From assembly GCA_918797485.1 (NCBI GenBank), contig CAKKNE010000003.1:4402001-4466000 (forward strand): a stretch of DNA of 64,000 nucleotides. Reading direction: 5' to 3'. Source of the stretch: Pelagomonas calceolata (Eukaryota). A program made the translations under genes and the position numbers. Positions 46,893 to 57,407 of the stretch are shown piece after piece. The notes beneath the pieces are model-generated. The model had not been told where the DNA came from. It saw nothing but the letters and a program-made list of their open reading frames with translations, and did not search any database. Positions within the stretch are counted from its first letter, which is position 1. Each line of letters opens with the position of its first letter.

Positions 46893-47985
46893 TCACAACT
46901 CGGCGAGCGACGACAGCGTTTCGAGCCGCCGGTAGAAGTGGGCGCGCCTCCGCTTCTTCGGCGCGGGCCCGCGTGCCTTCTTCTTCGAGGCCGTGGCCCA
47001 CTCCGTGATCTTCATCGTGTTCGCCACGGCGCTGTCCTCTTGCTCCTGTGCGGACCGACACCATCGCGCCGGCGCCGGCGCCGCGCCACGCTGAAGTGCA
47101 TCGTGGCCGCGCCGGCCCGCCGACCTCGTCGAACTCGACCTCGGCGACGAACGCGAAGTGCGCGCGCGTGTCGTCGTCGACGGCGTCGACGTCCTTGAGG
47201 CGCTGCTTCGCCGGCTGCCACGAGAAGCGGGCCAGCGCCGGAAACCCGAAGACGGCGTGCGCGTTGCGCCTGAGCCACGCGACGCACGCCGGGTCCGAGG
47301 GGTACCCCGAGCCGAAGTCCCGGTCGTCCAGGCCGCGCTCCTCGAACACCCACCGCCTCAACGACTCGTCCCGGATCACCTTGGCGCAGATCGAGGCCGC
47401 GCCGGTGCACTTGTAGAGCGCGTCGGCCTTCTTGGCCACGGTAAAGCTGATGCGTCCCTCGAAGTGGCGCGTCAAGCGGTCCCGATACACGTCCGGGTCG
47501 CCCACCGTGTCCACGTAGGCCTCCACGACGTCCACGTTTCGATCGAGCGCGCGCTGGATGAGGCGGCAGGTGGCGTCGAAGGAGATCGCGTTGAGCGAGA
47601 CGGGCGCCTTCTTCCTCAGCATTTCGCGCGATAAGCGCGCGGCGCTCACGACCTCGACGGCCCAGCCCAACCGGTCGTCGTCCAGGACCCGCTCGAACAG
47701 CTTCGCGCGCTGGTCCTCCGTGAGCTGCTTGGAGTCGTTGATCTCCTCCTGGTCCCGCTCGACGTCCGCGTCCTCCTCGACGGCCCAGTAGCAGCAGCCG
47801 AAGGTCATGGCGCCGAGCACGGGGCCGCGGCCCGCCTCGTCGATGCCCAGCTTGCAGGCCGCCCCGGCCCGCGCCTTGGGCGGGAGCTGCGGGGCCTCGA
47901 TCAGGCCGTCGACGGGGATCGCGACGGCCTCGACCTTGCGCGGGTCGGCCGGCGGCGCGGGGGGCGGCGCAGTTGAGCTGTCCAT
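46893..47985 (-). CDS. RNASEH2A: Ribonuclease H2 catalytic subunit A (intron 47046-47124)
   Basis: Motifs GIDEAGRGPVLG, DSKQLTE, YVDTVG, KADALY...AASICAKV.RD and GSGYPSDP. The spliced last exon EQEDSAVANTMKITEW...EL* stops at 46893. Confidence 0.93.
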
Positions 47986-48115
47986 ACTCGAGCCGTCCCT
48001 ACGGCTTTTACGCCTCACGTCTAAACTTTCAAAACTAAGCTGAGAAGTTTACATACTAGGTAAACTTTTTATATTATTGACTTCCAAACTAGCTCTATTG
48101 TGCCGCATGCTTTAC

Positions 48116-49351
48116 TCACGAGGCGGCGCACGCGAGCGCCCGTTTCGCGTCGCGCGTCGCCGCCTCGAGCGCGGCGCGGTCGAGGGCGTAGCGGACGAGC
48201 CGCGACGCGACGCCGGCGCTCTTGTCGGCGCGGTAGGCGCAGAGCTCCTTGAATGTGCCGGGCACGCCCTCGTGCACGTAAAACGCGGGGCGGCCGTCGG
48301 CGAGGGTCGCGAAGCCGTCCACGGGGTGGTCGTTGACCTCGCCCCGGTCCGAGGCGGGCGTCGCGCGGAGGAGCGCGACGGGCGCGGAGAAGCGGACGCC
48401 GTCGCACGAGAAGGCGAGCGCGACGTAGGCCTCCGTCGCGAGGTACCGCGCGGTCCGGTTCAGGGCGTCCGGCGGCGGCGCGACGGCGACGGGGAAGAGC
48501 GCCGCGAGCGAGCCGCCGGGGTCGACGGGGTTGGGCTTGGCGGCGAAGGTGTAGACGTCGGCGCCGACGTCGGCGGCGACGGCGCGCTGCCAGGCCTCGG
48601 CGCCCGCGAGGAAGCGCACGCGCCGGAACGGGCCCCAGGCCGCGCCCGGCGGCGGCGGCGCGCCGGCGGCGGCGACGACCTGGACCGCGCGGCCGCCGCC
48701 GCCCGCCCGCGTGTTGGCCCGCGCGTAGACGAGCGTTCGCCCGCGCAGCGCGGCGGCGGAGAAGCGGCCGTCGAACTCGCACGCGTCGAAGCCCGCGCGC
48801 CGCTCGACGCACTTATCGCGCGCGAAGGCCCCGCCGAAGCCGTCGCCCGCGGGCCGGAACGCCGCGTCGAAGCGCCGCGTCGCCGCGAGCGGCGACCGCA
48901 GCGCGGGCGTCGTCCGCAGGCCCGCGAGCTTCCCGCCGAGCGCGCCTGCGAGCGCGCCGTGCGCGTCGCGCAGGAGCGCGAGGTTCATGGACGCGAACGG
49001 CGCGCGGAGCACCACGGCGGCGGCGCCGCACGTGGCGCCCAGGCCCGCGTCGGCGCAGCGCCGCCGCGTCGTTGTGTCGCGCTTGTTCGAGTGCGGCCAG
49101 CTCCCCGCGAGCGCGTAGACGTCGACGGCGCCGCCCCGCGCCGGGTCCTGCTCGACCGAGAAGTAGCGGCTCGGGTCGTGGTACGGCAGCCGCAGCGCCT
49201 CGCGCGCCTCGCGGACCAGGTCCGCCGCGACGACGCGCCGCGCCGGCACTTGCGGCGCCGCCGCCAGGCACTCGCGCCGGCGCCGGCGGCCAACGAGCCG
49301 CCGCCTTTTGGCGTCGCCTGCTACCACCGCACAGCATAGTAGGAGCCTCAT
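48116..49351 (-). CDS. Hypothetical secreted protein
   Basis: Signal-like MRLLLCCAVVAG and a long ORF with coding-like composition. The AFSCDGVRFS segment suggests a beta-propeller glycosidase-like fold (weak). Confidence 0.55.
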   Translation of the reverse strand: MRLLLCCAVVAGDAKRRRLVGRRRRRECLAAAPQVPARRVVAADLVREAREALRLPYHDPSRYFSVEQDPARGGAVDVYALAGSWPHSNKRDTTTRRRCADAGLGATCGAAAVVLRAPFASMNLALLRDAHGALAGALGGKLAGLRTTPALRSPLAATRRFDAAFRPAGDGFGGAFARDKCVERRAGFDACEFDGRFSAAALRGRTLVYARANTRAGGGGRAVQVVAAAGAPPPPGAAWGPFRRVRFLAGAEAWQRAVAADVGADVYTFAAKPNPVDPGGSLAALFPVAVAPPPDALNRTARYLATEAYVALAFSCDGVRFSAPVALLRATPASDRGEVNDHPVDGFATLADGRPAFYVHEGVPGTFKELCAYRADKSAGVASRLVRYALDRAALEAATRDAKRALACAAS

Positions 49352-50080
49352 GGTCGTGGGCTGCTCATGGGGCTGCCCCCATCGATGGCATCGATGGCGC
49401 GTCGCATCGATGGCGTGTCGTGAAACTGCCCGATGGCAGGAGACGGGCAATTAACCTTTCAGCTGCGAAACGCAAGCTGTTCAAAACTGCGACGGCGCGG
49501 ACCACCAGGGTGTTAATAAAAGTGTAGATGTTATTAGAGTAAGTGTGAGTGTGAGACCCGCTTGGAGGTGTAAGTGTGAGTGTGAGACCGGTCGCAGACC
49601 TCAGATGTGAGTGAGTTCGAGCGGGCGCCTGAAATTTTTTTTAGTGCGAGGCGTCGCAAATAACTGCATTTCCGGCCATGTCGTCTTCCAGGCTCTGAAG
49701 TGGTCTGCCAAGCACGCGTGGCGGCGCTCTCAGCACTTTTGAGGCTAAATTTAGCGGATTTTAGAAAAACGCTTAAAACCCGAATTTACGAGTGTAAAGC
49801 TCGCAAAATACAACCCTCTAGGCGCGCACCCCCGCAACCCGAATTGACTATAGCGACTATAGCTATTTCCGCAATACATATAATATTATATACGCAATTA
49901 TTGCATAGCTCTACGCTGTGCTGTATGCCAAGCAAGCTGATGCTCGGCCCGACACGAACGTCTGTCAGATCGGCTGCCCCGGGCGACTCATGCTAGCGCG
50001 CGAACGCTAAGTGCTCGTGGCTGCCCCCAGAGCGCTTGCATTATGGTCGCCACTTGCCCCCGCACGAGATAAAGCAAGCC

Positions 50081-52223
50081 ATGCGGACCGTACTGCTGCT
50101 GCTGGGCGCCCTCGCCGAGGGCCGCACATGGTTAAGCCAAACCAAACAGAAACCGAAGCAAGCGCGCCGCGCGCCGCCGCCGGGCGCGGGCGTGAGCCCC
50201 CTGGACGACGCCGTCGCGCGCACAACCTCTGTAGCCGCCTGGTTCCGCGGCGGCCCGCCGCCGCGGCACTGGGTGGCGACCCTACCCAACAACTACCGGG
50301 GCGGCGCGTTGCTGGGACAGGGCACGGTCAAGAAGGCGTTCGCCGTGCCGAACCGCACTGATGTGGTGCTGAAGACACGAGTCATGCACGGCGGCGCCCG
50401 GCAGCAGACCTGGGCCGAGGTGCTCTACCTCGAGTTTTTGAGAGGGAAGGCGGGCGTCCCCAAACTGCACGGAGCCTGGCAGGAGAAGCGGAGCGTGTAC
50501 TACGTGGTGCAGCGCTTGAGTGTTCCGCTGGTCGAGAACTCGGAGCCGTCCGCGGCGTGGTTGAAAACGTGTCGGGCCCGGCCGCTCGAGACTGCGGTAT
50601 CACTCATAGAGGGCGTCCGGTCGTTCGCCGACGCGGGCTTCTTCGACGCGGAGCACTCTCTGGACGGGCGCAAGTTCGCCCTATCAAAAGACGGCGCCGT
50701 CTACCTAGTCGACGCACCGGCGCCGCTCGCCACGTCGCCGGTTCGAAATGTGGTGGACTGGGTGCTCCGCGGCACGTGGAAGGACCGTAACGCGACGAAG
50801 GACCGGACCTGCCTCGCGGACAAGGACTGCCCCCGGCTTCGTGAGCAGGGCAGGGGCGAGCGCGTCCCGGGCCACAAGCGGGCCGCGCGCGAAACTGGAG
50901 GCTGGTGCCGAAATGGGAGGTGCGCCGGCATCGACGCGCGGGCGCACGTCTACGACCTGGCGACGCGGGCCTGGGCGCTGCCGCTGATTCTGGCGGAGGG
51001 CCGGTTTTCATCACAAAAGGCGAAGCAGCGCCTGGAGCAGCTAATAAAGCGCATGCGAAGCGAGGCGCCCGAGGACCGGCCGAGCTTGTTCTTTTTCCGG
51101 TGTCCGAAGCCCCTGGTGCTGCCGCGTATACGAAGCGACGACCGCCCGGGGAGCCTACAAGACGCCGTCGACGCGACCCTCCGCGCAACGCAGGCTGGAG
51201 GCGCTATCGACGCTGGACGCCGAGCTGGCGCCCGCGTGGCCCACCGTTGTCACTGGAGACGCCGCGGCGGTCGCGCGCGCCGCGGCGGCGGCCGCCTGGT
51301 CCCAGGGCGCGCCGCCGCCGCGGCACTGGACAACCAGTTCAAGTACCGGCTACGACCTCGGCCCCGTCCTCGGCGAGGGCGCCCGCAAGAAAGCTTTAAC
51401 AGTTGTGGGCCGCCCGGACGTCCTCGTGAAGACGCGTGTCAGGACGTCGGCGCACAAGGTCCGGAGCGAACTCGCGGCGCGCGCCGAGGTTATGTATTTG
51501 GAGCTCAACCGCGGGCGCCGGGGCGTGCCCCGGTTGTACGGCGGCTGGCGCGACGCAAGGGAGGACCGCGTCTACTACGTCGTGCAGCGCGCCGGCTCTC
51601 CCATAGTCGTCGACGAAGTATCGACTGTGCCGTCCGCCGCGTGGCTCGCGTTTTGCCGCGCCGACCCGGTCGGGGCGGCGACGGCACTGGTCGAGTGCTT
51701 CCGGTCCTTCACCTCCTCCGGCTACTTCATGGAGGACCTCCACGGCGCGCAGTTCACGTTGGCTGGCAATGACATATACGCGATCGACGCGCCGGAGACG
51801 TTGCCAAACGCGCCCGTGGCGGCGGTGCTGGACTGGACCGCGCGCAAGGGGGGAACGTCATGGGGGGGCCTCAAGTACGTCGAGATGCGGTTGAGTGTTC
51901 ATCAAAATTGCACTGTAGATGGCGACTGCCCGGCGACGTCGGACATTGAGCTGTGCGCCTTCCGCGACTGCGTCCCCGGGTGGGACCAGGGCGCGCGGGA
52001 GGCGCGCGGCTGGTGCCGCAAGGGCTGGTGCGCTCTAGTGGATGCGCGGGCGCACACGTACGACCTGGCGACGCGGGCCTGGGCGCTGCCGTTGATGTTG
52101 AAGGAGGGCCGGTTCCCGTCCCTTCATCAAAAGCGGCGCCTGGAAGAGTTAATAAAGCGCATGCGAAGCGAGGCGCCGGAGGACCGGCCGAGTCTCTCCG
52201 ATGTTCTCGCGGCGCTCGGTTGA
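50081..52223 (+). CDS. Secreted protein with two tandem kinase-like domains (PKDCC/VLK-like); predicted intron 51100-51193
   Basis: Signal peptide. Domain 1 has LGQGTVKKAF..VVLK..EVLYLE..GVPKLHG. Domain 2 has LGEGARKKAL..VLVK..EVMYLE..GVPRLYG..EDLHGAQF. Both end in MRSEAPEDRPSL. Confidence 0.65.
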
Positions 52224-52224
52224 T

Positions 52225-53028
52225 TTCTTCTCCCGCCCTCCGAGCGCGGGCCGTTCGGTTCGTTAATTGTGGATGAAAACTAGGCTGGAGTTGATGTAAT
52301 GTACTGTAGTAATTGGATGTTAAAAGGCGGCGTCAATCGCGGGTGTTCTTCGGCGATCCGCAAGACTCATCTGCGAATGTCGCCGCGGGGCGTTGTGTTC
52401 GTAAAGTTTCATCAACGTACCCGCGAGGGAGCGTGTTTGTGGTGCTCTTCATCAAGATGCGTCTTGTCTAGATACCCGCACACACAACCGTTTGTGGGGA
52501 TACCGCCAACGGGCCCGCTTTCCAGTAGGAGATACATATCTCCGCAACATGAGCGATTGGGTCGAGAAGGAACGTTTCGGCTTGCCGGAATATTTACTCA
52601 GAACGTGCCCCTCGTCTCTTCGGGAAGGGCGGAGGTTGAAGACGAAGTTCCGATTGGGTTGCCACGATCTCCGGAGCTCGAGCTCCCGAACGCAGCTTGT
52701 CCGCAACGCGCAATGTCCCTGTTGCAAATCCCGCGAGTCGGAAACGATTCAACATGCCCTACTTGAATGCTCGGCTTTTACGAAAGAACGTGACACGTTC
52801 CTTGAACGGTTCTACGAGTTGCACCCTATCGCGCGTGGCTTGAGCCCCGAAGGTCTTTGCGACGTCCTAATGAGTGACGACTTACCTCACGAGACTGAGA
52901 ATACTATGTATAGATACCTTATTCTATTTCGAGGCTCCGGTTGGGCATCCTGACCGAGCGGGGAGAAGGCTCCTAGGAGCTTGTTCCTTTTTTTAGGTCT
53001 TCCTTAATTTATTTATTTATTTATTTAT
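52225..53028 (+). mobile_element. 5'-truncated non-LTR retrotransposon (C-terminal zinc-knuckle region, 3' UTR, (TTTA)n tail)
   Basis: Translation KFRLGCHDL...CPCC...ETIQHALLEC..F..ER is typical of non-LTR ORF2 C-termini. Tail at 53004-53028. Related fragments at 25067, 34247 and 56991. Confidence 0.8.
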
Positions 53029-53192
53029 ATCTAGGGTAGGAAGGGCTAGAGGGTTTCTGTTTCTTGGCAGCCCGAATAGGGGTACTTTTTTTTGCTGCAG
53101 GGGCACCGTCGCCCGGGGACGCCCGGCGTCCCAGCCGAGCATAGAACCTGCCGGGGGTGCTTAAGAGGCAGAGCCTGCAGCCTGGTTCACCG

Positions 53193-54502
53193 ATGCGTCT
53201 CTTCCCGAGTTTCGTCACGCTCGCGACCGCCCTCGACGCCGAGGAGGCCGCCTGGGTCGCGCGCTGGCGGCGGCCGCCGCAGTCGAAGAAGCACCACTGG
53301 CACAGGCTCGCCGGGCCCATCGACGTCTCGTGTACGTTCCGGTACCGCCTGGGCTTGACGAAAGACGCGGTCGGCGCCGCGGGCCCCGCGCTCGACCTCC
53401 GCTTCGACCAGCACCAGCGGTGGCTCTCCGAACCGCACGCGCCGGAGAGCGCCGCGTTCGCGGCGACGCCGCGCCTGTGCGCGTCGGCGGCGAATCAGGA
53501 GGCGCTCGACGGCGCCCCGGCGCACGTCATGGTCACGTCGTCGCTCGCCTACCTGTTCCGGCTCTGGCCCTACTTCGCGAACCACGTGCGCTTCGCGAAG
53601 CGACGCCGGAGGCGGTTCTTCGTGTGGATCGGCGAGCTGCCGGAGGGTCTCGCGACGACCATCGGCGGCGCGTGCCGGAGGTCGGCGCAGGGGCACGTGT
53701 TACTCGACCAAGGCATGCTGCCGAGGGACCTCCAGCGCCGGGTCCTGAAGTCGATCTACTTCCAACGGGAATCCGCCCAGACGATCTACAACAGCAACCA
53801 CTACAACAAGATGCCCGCCGTGCGCGAGCGGCGTCCGTCGACGGCCGGCGACCCGGGCGCGACTCCCCGGCGCGGTCCGCGCAGGCGCTCGCCGCGCTGG
53901 ACCACCCGCGCGTCGGCGGCGTCTTCTACGGCGACCTCGACTCGTACTACGACGGCGAGGGAGACGACGTCGCCGCGCTCCACGCCGACCCGAGCGTGGA
54001 CTACGCGGCCTTCACGAACTCCGGCCCGCAGCACGCCTTCTGGAACGTCAAGGGCTGCGCGTTCTACGCCCGCGACGCGCCGCTCCCGAAGAGACTGCTG
54101 GAGGCGTGGCTGCGCGACCGGTGCGGCTTCAAGGACCAGTACCCGTACTGGCATTCCATTTTGGTGGAGGGCGCGCGCGCGGGCTGCCTGGCGTACGACG
54201 GCGAGATCTACCGCATGCTCAGCTACGAGGCGATGAAGAAGGGGGCCGCCACGTATCCGTCCCTCGACGTCGCCGCGGGCGCGCTGCGGCAAAAGTGCCC
54301 CGCCTTTAGGTTCCGGCCGCACAAGTTCGCGCGGCCGCTGCACCGGAGCGTCGGCCCGGACGCGGTCGTGGGCTTTTCCTACGCGGCGGCCGGCGCGGTC
54401 CATGCGATGAACGTCTCAAACGTGCTCGCGAACACGCCGGCCGGGGGCGACCTCCTTGGCGCGCTCGGCCTGGCGGGCGTCGACGCGGCGGCGTACTCCT
54501 AG
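53193..54502 (+). CDS. Secreted glycosyltransferase-like protein (intron 53820-53884)
   Basis: Signal peptide. Motifs YNKMPA|ALAAL, VFYGDLD (DxD) and FKDQ. Confidence 0.55.
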
Positions 54503-54950
54503 TGTTGTGTGGTCTGTAACTCATTCTGTAGCTCATGTCGTCGTTGGCGGTCCGGGCGGGCCCGGCGCGCGAGGAAGCCGCTTGGGAAGCCCGAGGGGCT
54601 CAGGCTAGCGATGATGATATAAAATGAGCCGGTTTTTACACTATTTTCGAGATTTTAGAGGTAGGAGGCTTGTCGCTTTTAGGCATTCACTATAAACACT
54701 CTTCGTCAGTAGGCCGCGGAACCTTGTGGGCCCATAACGTAGCAAGAGTTGCGAATGATGCAAGACCAAATAGGTAATAAGACTGTTCTGGTTTAATCTT
54801 CTCATGATTGACAACTTGAAGTGATTTAACCCAGTCTTTTGGTGGTTCCTTTCGTCTACAATTACCCATGTACTTGAAATAAACATGATTCGAGAAGTGT
54901 CGAAGTGCGTCCATGTCGTCAAAAGGAGCTAGCAAACCGCAGGTTTCGAT

Positions 54951-55003
54951 TACCGTAGGTACCGTAGGTACCGTAGGTACCTACGGTACCGCAATTGGTA
55001 CCG
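54951..55003. promoter_or_regulatory. GGTACC motif cluster with the same perfect 24-bp palindrome
   Basis: GGTACCGTAGGTACCTACGGTACC at 54967-54990, within tandem 9-bp units, about 180 bp 5' of ATG 55185. Confidence 0.55.
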
Positions 55004-55184
55004 CAGTAGCCCCTGCCAGGCGCAGTCGTGATTGGGAGAACCCGCTCCGCATCGCAGCTCCAGCTCCGGCAACACCAAGGGGAGCAGTCCATATATTCTC
55101 ATCGCCGGTGGGCCACCATTACTCACGCGCTACGGGGGCTGCATCTGAGACAGTGGGGCAGCAACAGCATTTATTCGAGCCGTG

Positions 55185-56591
55185 ATGCAGCGCGCAGTCA
55201 TCGCGCTCCTCTGGAGCGGCCTCGCGTGCGCGGGCCTCGAGCCGATCATGGAGAACTGCCTCCAGCCGCGAACGAAACCAGAACAATATGTGGTCATGCT
55301 CTCGGCCTTCGAGCAGATGAACAAGAACATCGCAGTCGTGGGGGAGGTCGCCGCGTGGGCGAAGAAACTGAATCGCATTTTCGTCGAGCCTACGTACTGC
55401 TACAGCCGCGTCGCGCCGCCCTTCGACTCCATCGAAGCGGGCGGGTCGGTTCTGCAAAAGGAACTTGGGAACCATGCCGACCGCTTGCGGGAGCTCAACC
55501 GCACCGACCTCTGGAAATGTAGCATAGCGAAGCAACGCCTGAGCTCCGTGCGCGACATCGGAGACCTCTGCCGAAACGTTCCCACTATTTCCCCGGCTAC
55601 GTTCTTACAGCGGCTCGAAGCGAAACCTGCGCTGAAAGAGTCCTTGGCGGTCTTCTTCCAAGGCGCGCATCTCAAGGAGGTCCTCGACGGGAGCCGAGGC
55701 AAATCCATAGTATATTTGGTGGGCCTCCACCGCCGGCTCGTATCGAATCATGATATCGCGGACGGCAGATGCATCACGAAGACGTGCCACGGGCTCAAGG
55801 CAGGCCCGGCGCCTTCATTAATCAAGGTCGCCAGGAAGGCCGCGGACAAAGCTCGGCCGTACACGTGCGTCAACGTGCGCTCGGAGACGACGCTCACGGC
55901 CGCCTCGCTGCGCTGCCCCGCGCAAATCTACGCCGCCACCGCACGAGCCAGGGCCGCGCTGCCCCCATTAAGAAACGGCACCACTCTCGTCGTGTCGGAT
56001 TTGTATTCGTCAACCTCGGGGACGTACACGGCCGGCGGCCGCCACGACCACCTTAAGGAAATCCTACGAGCGCGTCTCGAAAATCTCTTATTCGGCGGCA
56101 GCCGAACTGCCGAAGCAACGCCGCGGCCGCTGAACGCGCGGATGTGCGGCGCCGGGCAGCAGGCGCTGCTCGGGACGTCGTTCAAGCGCTTCTGCGTGTG
56201 GAGCGCCGTGCCGTTTCTGACGCGCGGGTTGCGCGGCTCGACCTATTGATTTCCGCACAGGTGGTGCAACGCGCGGGGGAACTGCACAGCGTGCGACCTC
56301 TGCTACCCTGCGCAGCCCGCGGGGCGCCGGCGCCTCGTGGCCGTCTCCGGGACCCGGAAGGGCCCCCTCGAGGCGCTCCTGCGGCGGGACGCCCCCGGCT
56401 CTGCGAAGGCGGCCATGACAGAGCAGGTGCTCTGCGCCCTCGCGGACACCGTAGTCATGTGCGCGAAGCAGGAGGGTTGTCCCTGTGGACGCGGCCTACG
56501 CAGCGGCTTCGTGAGCGCGATCCGGGCGTACCGCGCGCAGCTTGGCGGTTCCGTGGCGACCGATGCGGCGGGGGGGATATTTAGTTTCTGA
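55185..56591 (+). CDS. Secreted protein, weakly O-fucosyltransferase-like (intron ~56198-56260)
   Basis: Signal peptide. Segments EQMNKN..AKKLNRIFVEP, YTCVNVRSE, LVVSDL and EQVLCALAD resemble GT-B fucosyltransferase motifs. The stop at 56247 lies inside the inferred intron. Confidence 0.55.
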
Positions 56592-56915
56592 CACCCCGGG
56601 CCACGGGCGCGAAGTCGGGCTCGGTCCCCTAATTTGTGATTCGAGTTCCCAGCCACTTGTGCGGAGACTCGGACGGTTTTTCGGTACTGCGGACTCAACG
56701 GATAACGGACTCAAGGGGGGCCGGGGGGAAGCCAGATTTTGATAGACCATAGCGCGTTAAATACGTAGCCTATGCGCACCTGGGATTTTCATAAACTAAG
56801 GTTCCTTACGTCTATTCCCACCTTCTGACAAAGGGGGATACGAAACGGTCACGGTTAGGATCTGACGATTATAAGGCCCCGGACTGCCCCCGTCAGTGGC
56901 GTTTAAGCATTTGAA

Positions 56916-57058
56916 ATTAATTAATTCCTTAATTAATTAATTAATTAATTAATTTAAGCAAGCAATTTATTTAATTCACCGTGACTGACAGGAAGACCTA
57001 AAAAAGGAACAAGCTCCTAAGAGAGCCTTCTCCCTGTTCGGTTAGGATGCCCAACCGG
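56916..57058 (-). mobile_element. LINE 3'-end fragment with a nearby (TTAA)n tract
   Basis: 56991-57058 is the reverse complement of 52937-53003 with a few changes. Confidence 0.72.
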
Positions 57059-57407
57059 GGAAAGGCCCTTTTCTCACCGAGACCGGGCTGGTGGGGAGGG
57101 GTCACATTCGCGGCGAGACGCCGTCGTGAAGTTGCCCATTCTGAGCATTCTCCAACACACGTTGTTTGAATGCAAGGCCCTTCGCGAAAGACGTGGGTAC
57201 TAGGCGCCAGGTGCGAATTGCCCTACTACAGTCATAAATGATACACTGGCTTAACTCGGGAAAAGCAAAAGAAAGAAACGACATGACTCAAGTTGCCAGT
57301 GGAATAATAATAGTCGAGGTCGGCAAGATGACGCGTCGATCACATGGCCCACTGCGATCTGTGGCGGACGCCATCGGACCAGGCCAGGCCCCGACAACGA
57401 CGGAGCG

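Noticed and set aside
54951..55003. GGTACC clusters as a CRISPR array
   Set aside because: No regular repeat-spacer structure, no cas genes, and the context is eukaryotic.
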